From an uncultured Clostridia bacterium (GTDB lineage Bacteria > Bacillota > Clostridia > CAKSNL01 > HGM11501), in assembly GCA_934476235.1 (NCBI GenBank), contig CAKSNL010000001.1, forward strand, positions 44,497 through 108,496: a stretch of DNA of 64,000 nt, given 5' to 3'. Below the pieces are notes generated by a model. The model searched no databases and was not told where the DNA came from. It saw only the letters and a list, made by a program, of their open reading frames with translations. Within the stretch, counting starts at the first letter, position 1, and each line of letters opens with the position of its first letter. The position numbers and the translations under genes are program-made. Positions 47,546-56,858 of this stretch are shown here, in pieces.

Positions 47546-48555
47546 GAAAAATAAAAGTAATTCAGATAGGCATAGGGCACGACCACGCAACCGCAATTCT
47601 GGACTGTATGCTGGCACTGCCGGATATTTTCGAAATAGCGGCGCTTGCGGTGCCTGAAAGCGAAAAGGCGGATTTTGCGGACAGAATCGAAAAATATAAA
47701 GAAAAACTCCCTCTCATGACGGTGGAGGAAGCGTTTGATACGGACGGTCTTGATGCCGTGACAGCGGAAACCGAAGAGGTAAACCTCACAAAATATGCTC
47801 TTCTTGCGGCAAAAAGGGGCTTGCCGGTGCATATGGATAAGCCCGGCGGGCTTGATGCGGCGGAATTTAATGAGCTGATAGACACAGTCAAAGCCAACGA
47901 ATCGGTGTTTCATACAGGCTACATGTACCGGTATAACGAATCCGTCGCCGAGGCGGTAAGAAAGGCAAAATCGGGAGAGCTAGGAGAGGTCTACTCTGTC
48001 GAGGCACATATGGACTGCTGGCATACTCCCGAAAAAAGGCAGTGGCTTTCGCGTTTTCCGGGCGGCATGATGTTCTATCTCGGCTGCCATTTGATTGATC
48101 TGATATTGCAGATAATGGGCGAGCCGCAGAAAATAATCCCGATGAATCAGTCCACCGGGATTGACGGCGTTACCGGCGAGGATTTTGGATTCACATTATT
48201 TAAATACAAAAACGGGGTATCCTTCGCCAAAACATGCGCAACGGAGCTCGGCGGTTTTTCAAGGCGGCAGCTTGTAATATGCGGTTCAAAGGGAACGGTG
48301 GAATTAAGACCGCTTGAAAAATATGAAGACGACGGAACTCTTTACACAAATGTTTGCTATACGGATAATGAAAAGGGCACGGACTGGATGTATTTTTCAC
48401 CTTTCTTAAAATCAGCGCCGGCTGACCGTTACAATAATATGATGTCAAGCTTTGCGAAAATGGTTCGCGGCGAAATCAAAAATCCGTTCGGGTATGATTA
48501 TGAACTAAAGCTTTATAAAATACTTTTAAAGTCATGCGGTATAAATAAGGTATAA
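47542..48555 (+). CDS. Gfo/Idh/MocA family oxidoreductase
   Basis: N-terminal MRKIKVIQIGIGHDH Rossmann segment. Confidence 0.8.
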   Translation: MRKIKVIQIGIGHDHATAILDCMLALPDIFEIAALAVPESEKADFADRIEKYKEKLPLMTVEEAFDTDGLDAVTAETEEVNLTKYALLAAKRGLPVHMDKPGGLDAAEFNELIDTVKANESVFHTGYMYRYNESVAEAVRKAKSGELGEVYSVEAHMDCWHTPEKRQWLSRFPGGMMFYLGCHLIDLILQIMGEPQKIIPMNQSTGIDGVTGEDFGFTLFKYKNGVSFAKTCATELGGFSRRQLVICGSKGTVELRPLEKYEDDGTLYTNVCYTDNEKGTDWMYFSPFLKSAPADRYNNMMSSFAKMVRGEIKNPFGYDYELKLYKILLKSCGINKV

Positions 48556-48568
48556 TCGGGAGGTAATT

Positions 48569-49534
48569 ATGTATAAAAAAGTTTTGCTTATAGGCGGAGG
48601 AGGGACTTTGGGAAGTTATTCCTCGGAGGAATTGCTTAAAAGAGGCTGCATTGCAGATGTAATATGTCTTGAAAATAAGGTATCGGAGAATAAAAACCTG
48701 CATTATTTTAATATGAATGCCGACCTTGACGGCTTAACTGGATTTTTAAAAGACAGGTGTTATGACGGAATTATAAATTTCATTCATTATACCGATCCCG
48801 AGTCTTACAAGAGTGTGCACAGACTGCTTTGCCAAAAAACATCCCATTTGGTTTTCCTTTCGTCATACCGCGTCTATGCCGACTTGCAGCACCCGGTGAC
48901 GGAGGATGCTCCTTTGCTTTACGATGTATGCTGCGATGATGTATTTCTGAAAACGGAGGACTATGCCGTTCCAAAGTCAAAGTGCGAGCGTTTTATCCGC
49001 GGGGAGAGCGGCACCTCAAACTGGACGATCGTGCGCCCCGTAATTTCATTTTCGGACAAACGCTTTGACCTCGTAACTGTATCGGGGCGCGAATTAATTG
49101 ACCGCACCGCCCGCGGTGAGAAAATTTATCTCCCGTTTGAAGCAAAGAACCTTACCGCCGGGCTTGACTGGGCGGGAAACTCAGGGAAAATGATTGCCGA
49201 CCTTGTCTTAAACGAGCGCGCGTTCGGTGAGACTTATACCGTTTCATCCGCTCAAAATCTGACCTGGGGAGAAGTTGCGGATATTTACTCCGAGCTTATC
49301 GGCGCAGATTTTGAATGGGTCGATACAAAGGCGTACTCGGAGTATCAACACCGCACCTCCGATATTCCGTACATACTGAAATATGACCGTTTATTTGACC
49401 GCAAAATCAATAATACCAAAATTCTTGATGTTACAGGATTGACGCGCGGGGATTTTATATCCGTTAAAGACGGAATAAAAATCGAGCTTGAGAAAATATT
49501 CTCAAAATCATACGGGCAGATTCCGACCCCGTAA
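48569..49534 (+). CDS. NAD-dependent epimerase/dehydratase (extended SDR)
   Basis: LLIGGGGTLGSY glycine-rich motif and the YxxxK region. Confidence 0.7.
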   Translation: MYKKVLLIGGGGTLGSYSSEELLKRGCIADVICLENKVSENKNLHYFNMNADLDGLTGFLKDRCYDGIINFIHYTDPESYKSVHRLLCQKTSHLVFLSSYRVYADLQHPVTEDAPLLYDVCCDDVFLKTEDYAVPKSKCERFIRGESGTSNWTIVRPVISFSDKRFDLVTVSGRELIDRTARGEKIYLPFEAKNLTAGLDWAGNSGKMIADLVLNERAFGETYTVSSAQNLTWGEVADIYSELIGADFEWVDTKAYSEYQHRTSDIPYILKYDRLFDRKINNTKILDVTGLTRGDFISVKDGIKIELEKIFSKSYGQIPTP

Positions 49535-49694
49535 CCGGTTCATGCGTCCGCTTTGATTTTTTCATCAGCCTTCCCGTGGGCTCCGTTTCCAGAAATGAGT
49601 TTGTCTTTTCCATTTTGTCCTCCTTAAAAAAATAAGCGCGCACCGAAGCAGCCGGATTTATACCGTTCGGATACGCACTGACTTAAATATAAAA

Positions 49695-49753
49695 AATGAG
49701 CAGTCCCTTACAATCGGTCTTACACCTTTCGGGCTGCTCATTGCTTTTTTATT
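49695..49753 (+). terminator. Long hairpin (AATGAGCAGTCCC...GGGCTGCTCATT) plus T6
   Basis: 12-bp stem with one bulge and a large loop, followed by TTTTTT. Confidence 0.6.
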
Positions 49754-49826
49754 TTACCACCGCAAAGCACAAAAAGTCAAGCATTTTCCGGACAGGCAGT
49801 TAATATAAATAAACGAGGTGGTTTAT

Positions 49827-50747
49827 ATGAAAACATTTTTATGCTGCATGGGAGTGCTTTTTGCGTCATTCATTCTTCTGCCCTCCCTTGCCTTTTCGGG
49901 GGACTTAAAAAGTGCGGACATCCCCGACCCCGAAATAACGGATGAGTCCGGCGAGATAACGCTTAAAGACGGAACGGAAGAGAAAAAGCTGCCGCTTGAA
50001 GAGTACATAGAGGGCGTTGTGCTTGCCGAAATGCCCGCGTCATATAACGAGGAGGCGCTAAAGGCGCAGTCCGTCGCCGCAAGAACATATGCCGTGAACA
50101 AAATGCGCTCAAAGGTTCATGAGAACGGCGCGCTCTGCACGGACTACTCCTGCTGTCAGGCATACGTCGCCCCGGAAAATTACACCGGCGGCGAGGAAAA
50201 CCTTAAAAAAGTAAAAAAAGCCGTTCTGTCGACCGCCGGAGTCATCATGACCTATGACGGAGAGCCGATAACCGCGGTGTTTCACGCAATGAGCGCCGGG
50301 CAGACCGCCTCAGCAAAGGACGTGTGGGGCTCGGACGTTCCGTATTTAAAACCGGTCGACAGCCCGCTTGAGAAAAACGAGGAAAACTTTGAAACGACAT
50401 TAAAGGTTCCCCTTTCAGAATTTACCGAAAAGCTCAAAACGCTTTCTTCGGACTATACGGGAGGGCTTGACGTTCCGCCTCCGGAGCGTGACGGCTCTGG
50501 CTACATAAGGCGCATTACGATAGGCGGAGTCACCTTCTCCGGCAACTCTTTAAGAAACCTCTTTTCTTTAAGGTCGACCAATTTCAATTTAGGGTTTGAC
50601 GGTGATTTTGCCGTTTTCACCGTCCGCGGATACGGACACGGCGTGGGAATGAGCCAGCATGGGGCAAACCTCCTTGCCCAAAACGGCGAAAACTACAAGG
50701 AAATATTAAAGACCTACTACACCGGCATAAGCTTTGACCGCATATAA
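49827..50747 (+). CDS. spoIID: SpoIID/LytB domain protein (stage II sporulation protein D-like)
   Basis: Signal peptide and the SpoIID signature GYGHGVGMSQHGAN. A GAGGTGG RBS lies upstream of the ATG at 49827. Confidence 0.8.
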   Translation: MKTFLCCMGVLFASFILLPSLAFSGDLKSADIPDPEITDESGEITLKDGTEEKKLPLEEYIEGVVLAEMPASYNEEALKAQSVAARTYAVNKMRSKVHENGALCTDYSCCQAYVAPENYTGGEENLKKVKKAVLSTAGVIMTYDGEPITAVFHAMSAGQTASAKDVWGSDVPYLKPVDSPLEKNEENFETTLKVPLSEFTEKLKTLSSDYTGGLDVPPPERDGSGYIRRITIGGVTFSGNSLRNLFSLRSTNFNLGFDGDFAVFTVRGYGHGVGMSQHGANLLAQNGENYKEILKTYYTGISFDRI

Positions 50748-50770
50748 AAAAGGACCGTAAGGTCCTTTTT
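50746..50770. terminator. Bidirectional terminator (AAAAAGGACCGTAAGGTCCTTTTT)
   Basis: Perfect palindrome between convergent genes. Confidence 0.85.
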
Positions 50771-51575
50771 ATACGTTTTTCATCCACTCGCGTGCAAGAA
50801 AAGTCCATTTTGCGTTTGACGGATTGTTATACTTCGGGTTGCCGCACTCGGTTATTTCGTTTGCAAGCGCCATTCCGTGAGGCGCGGACTTAAATATGTG
50901 AAGCTCAAACTGCCTGCCAGCCTTTGCATAAGCGTTCGCAAGTGCAAGTGCGTTAAATACCGGAACCGTCGCATCGTCCGACGTGTGGATTATGCACGCC
51001 GGAGATGACTTTCCGTCAACATATTCCTCAAGCGACCATTTGTGCTTATCCTCCCCGGAAAACTCGCTTTTTCCCAAAATATTTGAAAAGCTTCCCGTAT
51101 GCGTCGGCACGTTAAGCGAAATGACCGGATAGACCGGGATTATGCCGAGAGGCTTATTATATCCCTCCTCCATCGGAACTTCCGAATAAATTTCCTTCAG
51201 ATGCCAGAGTGTGCCGAGCGCCGTGCAGAGGTGACCGCCGGCGGAAAACCCTGTCGCAAACACTCTTTCGGGATTGATCATATATTTTTTCGCATTGTCC
51301 TTAATGTATTTCATCGCCTTGGACGCTTCAATGAGCGGGCGCGGAAAAAGCGCCTTTTCGCCGACCGAATAGTGCAAAACAAAAGCCGCCGTTCCCTTTC
51401 CTACAAAGTCAAGAGCGACGGGCTCGCCCTCCCTGTCATAGCAGACACAGCCGTATCCTCCCCCGGGGATGACCAGCAGAGCGTCCCTCAAAAAACCCGG
51501 CAATGTATCGGGCGCATAAACCTCAAGGTACACATTTTCATCGTTATTATCAAGCGGAATTTTTTCGTATATCAT
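50769..51575 (-). CDS. Alpha/beta hydrolase (esterase)
   Basis: GFSAGG nucleophile elbow and an HGGG-like oxyanion segment (IPGGGYG). A GGAGGAAGG RBS lies upstream of the ATG at 51575. Confidence 0.7.
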   Translation of the reverse strand: MIYEKIPLDNNDENVYLEVYAPDTLPGFLRDALLVIPGGGYGCVCYDREGEPVALDFVGKGTAAFVLHYSVGEKALFPRPLIEASKAMKYIKDNAKKYMINPERVFATGFSAGGHLCTALGTLWHLKEIYSEVPMEEGYNKPLGIIPVYPVISLNVPTHTGSFSNILGKSEFSGEDKHKWSLEEYVDGKSSPACIIHTSDDATVPVFNALALANAYAKAGRQFELHIFKSAPHGMALANEITECGNPKYNNPSNAKWTFLAREWMKNV

Positions 51576-51640
51576 TAAATTACCTTCCTCCGATTCTGAA
51601 TCGAGTGTAAGTATACCACAACAAAAAATCAATGTCAATA

Positions 51641-51669
51641 TTGCTTTTTTATGAAAAAAGTGCTATACT
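51641..51669 (+). promoter_or_regulatory. Sigma-A type promoter (TTGCTT, 17-nt spacer, TATACT) for nifS-thiI
   Basis: Boxes seen in the sequence. Confidence 0.5.
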
Positions 51670-51684
51670 GCTGATATATTAATA

Positions 51685-52815
51685 TTGGGAAGTGTTTTTT
51701 TGATTTATCTGGATAACAGTGCAACGACAAAGCCGTGCCCCGAAGCGGTCCGCGCGGTGAGCGACGCACTCATAAATAACTTCGGCAATCCCTCGTCGCG
51801 CTACAGCCTCGGGCTTGACGCCGAAAAGCTCTTAAAAGAATCGCGCGCGGCGGTCGCCTCCTCGCTTAACGCGGAGATGAAAAACATCATCTTCACCTCA
51901 GGAGGAACCGAGAGCGACAATCTTGCCATTTTAGGCGGAGCGAACATAAAAAAAGGCTCTCACGCAGTGACGACCGCAATCGAGCATCCGGCAGTGCTCA
52001 ACGCCTTTTCCGACCTTGAAAAGCGCGGATTTTCAGTCACCTACCTAAAGCCCGACCCGGACGGTGTCGTCAGCGCAGAGTCTGTAATAAACGCAGTTGA
52101 CGACAAAACATCGTTTGTCAGCGTTATGCATGTAAATAACGAGACCGGCGCCGTTATGCCCATAGAAAAGCTCGCGCCTTTAATAAAGCGGAAAGCTCCG
52201 CGCGCTTATTTTCATGTGGACGCGGTGCAGTCGTACGGAAAGATTCCGCTCTATCCGAAAAAGTGGGGAATCGACCTCCTTTCCGTCAGCAGCCACAAGG
52301 TGCACGGTCCCAAGGGCGTCGGCGCGCTTTATAAGGCTGACGGGGTGACCTTGCACCCCACCATTTTCGGCGGAGGGCAGGAAAATAACCTTCGCTCCGG
52401 AACGGAGAATATGCCGGGAATTTCCGGCTTTGCCGCCGCGGCAAGGCTTATTGACCCCATGAGCCACCACGAAAAAATGAGCGCGCTTAAAAAGGAGTTT
52501 GCCGAAAAGCTCCTGGCTCTTCCCGGAGTTGAATTAAACGGCTCACTGGAGCGCTCGGTTCCTTATATATTAAACGTTTCCTTTGTCGGCATCCGCTCGG
52601 AAATAATGTTAAACGCACTGTCGGAGGCTTCGGTATTCGTCAGTGCCGGCTCCGCCTGCGCAAAAGGCACAGGAAAAGCAAACGCGGCGCTGCGCGCCCA
52701 GGGCGCGCCCCATGCGGACAATGCGATAAGGTTCAGCTTTTCGCGCGATACCACTATAGAGGAGCTTTCCGAGGCGTACAAAATAATAATAAAAAAACTG
52801 GAGTATTTAAGATGA
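51685..52815 (+). CDS. nifS: Cysteine desulfurase (NifS/IscS class V aminotransferase)
   Basis: Motifs LDNSATTKP and SVSSHKVHGPKGVGALY (PLP Lys), plus an SAGSACA active-site Cys loop. The exact start is uncertain (TTG at 51685 or TTG at 51700). Confidence 0.85.
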   Translation: MGSVFLIYLDNSATTKPCPEAVRAVSDALINNFGNPSSRYSLGLDAEKLLKESRAAVASSLNAEMKNIIFTSGGTESDNLAILGGANIKKGSHAVTTAIEHPAVLNAFSDLEKRGFSVTYLKPDPDGVVSAESVINAVDDKTSFVSVMHVNNETGAVMPIEKLAPLIKRKAPRAYFHVDAVQSYGKIPLYPKKWGIDLLSVSSHKVHGPKGVGALYKADGVTLHPTIFGGGQENNLRSGTENMPGISGFAAAARLIDPMSHHEKMSALKKEFAEKLLALPGVELNGSLERSVPYILNVSFVGIRSEIMLNALSEASVFVSAGSACAKGTGKANAALRAQGAPHADNAIRFSFSRDTTIEELSEAYKIIIKKLEYLR

Positions 52816-53984
52816 AAGAAATTATTCTTGCCAAAACAGGCGAACTTATATTAAAAGGCGGAAACCGCAGAAGGTTTCAGGATATGTTAAAGGGCAACAT
52901 GTCGCGTGCGTTAAAGCCGGTCGGCGCTTTTAAGATATATGACCGCCAGGCGACGATTTACGTTGAGCCCGGGGACGGGGCGGATATTGACGCGATGCTC
53001 TCGGCGCTTCGCAAGGTTTTCGGAATCGTGAACCTTTCGCGTGCCGGAATCGTCCCCAAGGACATGGAAAACATCATGAAATTCGCTCCGGAATACCTTG
53101 AATCGGAGCTTGGTGCGGTCAGAACATTCAAGGTGGAGTCCAGAAGGGCGGATAAATCGTTTCCCTATAAGTCGCCCGAAATCTCCGCCATGGTCGGCGG
53201 CGCTCTTTTGGAGCGTTTTCCTCATCTTAAGGTTGACGTGGTAAATCCCGATCTCGTAGTTCATGTTGACGTCAGAGAGACGGACGCTTACGTTTATGCC
53301 GGGAAAATTCCCGGCGCCGGAGGAATGCCGACGGGAACAAACGGGCGCGCAATGCTGCTTTTATCCGGCGGAATCGACAGTCCCGTCGCGGGTCACATGA
53401 TCGCAAAGCGCGGAGTATACATTGAAGCGATACACTTTTACAGCTATCCCTATACCGGAGAAAAGGCGAAGGAAAAGGTCATCGCCCTTGCGGACAAACT
53501 CGGCGAATACACAAGCGGTCTTCCCCTTCACATCGTGCCGTTCACCGAGGCTCAGCTTGCAATACGCGATAACTGCCCCCCGGAGCATATGACGCTTGTT
53601 ATGCGCCGTCTGATGATGAGGATCGCCTCCGAATTTGCCAAAAGGCGCGACTGTCAGGCGCTTATCACGGGCGAATCTGTCGGTCAGGTGGCAAGCCAGA
53701 CCATATGGGCGCTCGGGGTGACGGATAAAGTGTGCGACCTTCCCGTTTTCCGTCCCTGCATCGGAATGGATAAGGAGGAGATCATCGTCCGTGCAAGGAA
53801 CATCGAGACCTTTGAAACCTCAATTCTCCCCTACGAGGACTGCTGCACGGTGTTCACTCCCAAGCATCCTACGACGCATCCGAATATCGACAATATCTTA
53901 AAAAGCGAAAGTCACATTCCGGTTGACGAGCTTGTGAAAAAAGCGGTTGACGGAATCGAAACTATCCGCATACGCAAATATTAA
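52812..53984 (+). CDS. thiI: tRNA 4-thiouridine synthase ThiI
   Basis: THUMP domain and a PP-loop SGGIDSPVA. Confidence 0.85.
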   Translation: MKEIILAKTGELILKGGNRRRFQDMLKGNMSRALKPVGAFKIYDRQATIYVEPGDGADIDAMLSALRKVFGIVNLSRAGIVPKDMENIMKFAPEYLESELGAVRTFKVESRRADKSFPYKSPEISAMVGGALLERFPHLKVDVVNPDLVVHVDVRETDAYVYAGKIPGAGGMPTGTNGRAMLLLSGGIDSPVAGHMIAKRGVYIEAIHFYSYPYTGEKAKEKVIALADKLGEYTSGLPLHIVPFTEAQLAIRDNCPPEHMTLVMRRLMMRIASEFAKRRDCQALITGESVGQVASQTIWALGVTDKVCDLPVFRPCIGMDKEEIIVRARNIETFETSILPYEDCCTVFTPKHPTTHPNIDNILKSESHIPVDELVKKAVDGIETIRIRKY

Positions 53985-53998
53985 AAAGAGGTGCTTAT

Positions 53999-55240
53999 AT
54001 GAACGCTGAATTAATCGCAGTCGGCAGCGAGCTTTTAATGGGTCAGATTGCAAATACGGACGCGCAGTATATCTCGTCGCGCCTCTCGTCGCTCGGTGTG
54101 AACGTTCACTTTCACACCGTCGTCGGGGACAACCGCGCAAGACTTACCGATACGCTGAAAATTGCCTTCTCGCGCTCAGAATGTGTTATCCTGACCGGAG
54201 GGCTGGGTCCGACTTATGACGATATGACAAAGGAGACCGTCGCGTCGTTTTTCAACCTTCCGCTTTCATATGATAAAAGGGCGTTGGAGGAGCTCACAGA
54301 ATACTTTGAAAAACGCAAAAAGGTCATGACCCCTTCAAACAAAAAGCAGGCTCTCCTTCCCGGGGATTCCAAAGTGCTCTATAACGAGTACGGAACCGCG
54401 CCGGGATGCATTATTGAGAAAAACGGCAAAATAGCGGCAATGCTCCCCGGTCCGCCGAGGGAAATGCGCCCGATGTTTGACAAATATCTTTATCCGTATT
54501 TTAAGGAAAAGACGGGCTCTGTCGTGTACTCCGAATACCTTCATCTTTTCGGAATCGGAGAGGCGGAGGCGGAATCAAAAATCTCCCACCTTACCGGAAG
54601 CGAAAACCCGACGGTCGCTCCGTACGTCAGCATCGGCGAAACGGTGCTTCGCATAAGCGCAAGCGCCGCGAATGAAAAGGATGCCTCCCTTTTGACCGGG
54701 AAAATGAAAAATGAAATATATTCTGTTTTGGGTGAGTGGATATATGCCGAAGGGCGCTCGTCCACACTGCCTCAGACGGTTTTAAGGCTTTTGACCGATA
54801 AAAAGCTCAAATTAGCCGCCGCGGAGTCCTGCACCGGAGGAATGGTGTCCTCCGCAATAACGGATCTTCCCGGCTCGTCGGAGGTGTTTTTGTATGGTGC
54901 GGTGACATATGCAAACTCGGCAAAAATGAGCGCGCTTTCGGTCAGCCCGGAAACGCTCAAAAAGCACGGCGCGGTATCCGAAGAAACGGCAATCGAAATG
55001 GCAAGGGGCGTCCGCCTCGCAGCTAAGAGCGATATCGGCGTTTCTACGACCGGCATTGCCGGACCTGGCGGCGGCACTCCCGACAAGCCCATTGGCACCG
55101 TATATATCGCAATCTCGACCGGGAAGGGCGACAAAGCAATAAAGCTTTTCCTCCCCGGCGACAGGGCGAGGGTGAGAAAAACCGCCGTCTTAAACGTCTA
55201 CGACCTTATAAGGCGCACCGTTCTTTCGGGAAACTATTAA
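53999..55240 (+). CDS. cinA: Competence/damage-inducible protein CinA (MocF-like N-domain plus PncC-like C-domain)
   Basis: N-terminus AELIAVGSELLMGQIANTDAQYIS and a C-terminal nicotinamide-nucleotide amidohydrolase domain. Confidence 0.85.
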   Translation: MNAELIAVGSELLMGQIANTDAQYISSRLSSLGVNVHFHTVVGDNRARLTDTLKIAFSRSECVILTGGLGPTYDDMTKETVASFFNLPLSYDKRALEELTEYFEKRKKVMTPSNKKQALLPGDSKVLYNEYGTAPGCIIEKNGKIAAMLPGPPREMRPMFDKYLYPYFKEKTGSVVYSEYLHLFGIGEAEAESKISHLTGSENPTVAPYVSIGETVLRISASAANEKDASLLTGKMKNEIYSVLGEWIYAEGRSSTLPQTVLRLLTDKKLKLAAAESCTGGMVSSAITDLPGSSEVFLYGAVTYANSAKMSALSVSPETLKKHGAVSEETAIEMARGVRLAAKSDIGVSTTGIAGPGGGTPDKPIGTVYIAISTGKGDKAIKLFLPGDRARVRKTAVLNVYDLIRRTVLSGNY

Positions 55241-55627
55241 AAAAGCTGGATCTCGCTTTCCGTTTTAAAAAATGTTCTGTACCGCGCCGCGCCGGTGTAT
55301 CTGAAAAATTCACCAACAGTTATCGCGGCATCGGATATGCGTGCGGTTACAACAGGCTTCACTTTCACACTTTTGATGAAATTTCGCTTATAAAGCAGGG
55401 CGATATCACATATATTTCGGACAGCATCATTGACAAAGTTACCGGAAAAAGCCTTATATATTCAAGGGCGTATCAGCTTCACAATCTCTATACTGTGCCC
55501 GACAAAATGTATGAGCGCAGCCGGCTGTATATCGGGCGGGCACTTCATTAACGTGTTTGTTTCGCACAATAACATAACTCCGTTAAAATACGGGCAGATA
55601 CGAAAAGAAAAAATTTTTAAAAAAGGC

Positions 55628-55656
55628 TTGACAAAACATTTGTTCGCATTTATAAT
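55628..55656 (+). promoter_or_regulatory. Consensus sigma-A promoter for recA (TTGACA, 17-nt spacer, TATAAT)
   Basis: Perfect hexamers and spacing, seen 60 nt upstream of the recA ATG. Confidence 0.7.
55634..55646. promoter_or_regulatory. LexA (Cheo/DinR-type) box candidate 1 (AAACATTTGTTCG) within the promoter spacer
   Basis: GAAC-N4-GTTC-like dyad with degenerate left half. Confidence 0.4.
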
Positions 55657-55666
55657 ATAAGAAAAG

Positions 55667-55680
55667 CGAATGTTTGTTCC
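55667..55680. promoter_or_regulatory. LexA box candidate 2 (CGAATGTTTGTTCC) just downstream of the -10 box
   Basis: Matches 12 of 14 positions of the CGAACRNRYGTTYC consensus. Confidence 0.45.
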
Positions 55681-55715
55681 CATTTAAATATGATTAACGA
55701 AAGGACGTATTATAT

Positions 55716-56816
55716 ATGAAAAAATCCTCATCTTCTTCAAAGGCAGCAAAGCCCACGGCTAATATGACAAAGGAGGAGGCGCTCCAGACCACACTCGCGC
55801 AGATTGAAAAGGAGTATGGCAAGGGCACCATCATGAAGCTCGGAGCAACCAATAATATGGAGGTCGAGTCGATTTCAACCGGTATTTTAAGCCTTGATAT
55901 CGCACTCGGCATCGGAGGTCTTCCCAAGGGCAGAATCGTTGAGGTGTACGGTCCCGAATCGTCAGGTAAGACCACACTCACGCTTCTTGTTGCGGCGGAG
56001 TGCCAGAGAAATAAAGGCGTTGTAGCGTTTGTTGACGCGGAGCACGCTCTTGATCCCGAATATGCAAAGACTCTCGGTGTCGATATTGACGAGCTTTTGG
56101 TTTCCCAGCCCGACACCGGCGAGCAGGCGCTTGCCATAGTTGAAGCGCTTGTACGAAGCAGCGCGGTTGACCTTATAATCGTTGACTCTGTCGCGGCTCT
56201 CGTTCCCAAGGCGGAAATTGACGGTGAGATGGACGAGCAGCAGGTCGGTCTTCAGGCAAGGCTCATGTCAAAGGCTTTAAGAAAGCTTGCCGGCATAATC
56301 AATAAGACCAATACCATCGTAATATTTATCAACCAGCTTCGTGAAAAGGTCGGCGTAATGTTCGGCAATCCCGAAACAACGACCGGCGGTATGGCGCTTA
56401 AATTCTACTCCTCCGTCCGCCTTGACATAAGGAAGGGCGACGCGATCAAGGAGGGCGGTTCGATAATCGGCTCCAAGACAAAGGTCAAGGTCGTTAAAAA
56501 CAAGGTTGCTCCTCCCTTCAAGAAGGCGGAATACGATATGATCTACGGTCAGGGCTTCACCCCCGAGGGCGTTGTGCTTGATATGGCGATCGACGCTGAT
56601 ATAATAAACAAGGCGGGTGCATGGATCTCGTATAACGGAAACAGAATTGCACAGGGCCGCGAAAACGCGAAACAGTATCTTGTTGAGCATCCCGATATAT
56701 ATTCCGAAGTCAAGGAAAAGGTGCTTGAATATTATAAGACTCCCGGCGCCGGAACGTCGGAGGATCTTTTGGAGGATGAGGAAGCAAGTCCCGAGGCTTT
56801 GGGTGACGAAGAATAA
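55716..56816 (+). CDS. recA: Recombinase RecA
   Basis: Walker [13 protein letters not shown] and the full RecA core. An acidic C-terminal tail is present. Confidence 0.95.
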   Translation: MKKSSSSSKAAKPTANMTKEEALQTTLAQIEKEYGKGTIMKLGATNNMEVESISTGILSLDIALGIGGLPKGRIVEVYGPESSGKTTLTLLVAAECQRNKGVVAFVDAEHALDPEYAKTLGVDIDELLVSQPDTGEQALAIVEALVRSSAVDLIIVDSVAALVPKAEIDGEMDEQQVGLQARLMSKALRKLAGIINKTNTIVIFINQLREKVGVMFGNPETTTGGMALKFYSSVRLDIRKGDAIKEGGSIIGSKTKVKVVKNKVAPPFKKAEYDMIYGQGFTPEGVVLDMAIDADIINKAGAWISYNGNRIAQGRENAKQYLVEHPDIYSEVKEKVLEYYKTPGAGTSEDLLEDEEASPEALGDEE

Positions 56817-56820
56817 AATA

Positions 56821-56858
56821 AAAAAGGCTTTCGAATGAAAATTCGAAAGCTTTTTTTT
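56821..56858. terminator. Bidirectional terminator (AAAAAGGCTTTCGAAT-GAAA-ATTCGAAAGCTTTTTTTT)
   Basis: 10-bp stem, an A-run and a T8 run. Confidence 0.85.

Noticed and set aside
55430-55660. 76-aa ORF in the cinA-recA spacer
   Set aside because: It reads straight through the consensus recA promoter and LexA-like boxes. It has no RBS and its sequence is low-complexity. It was not accepted as a gene. The spacer is reported as a finding instead.
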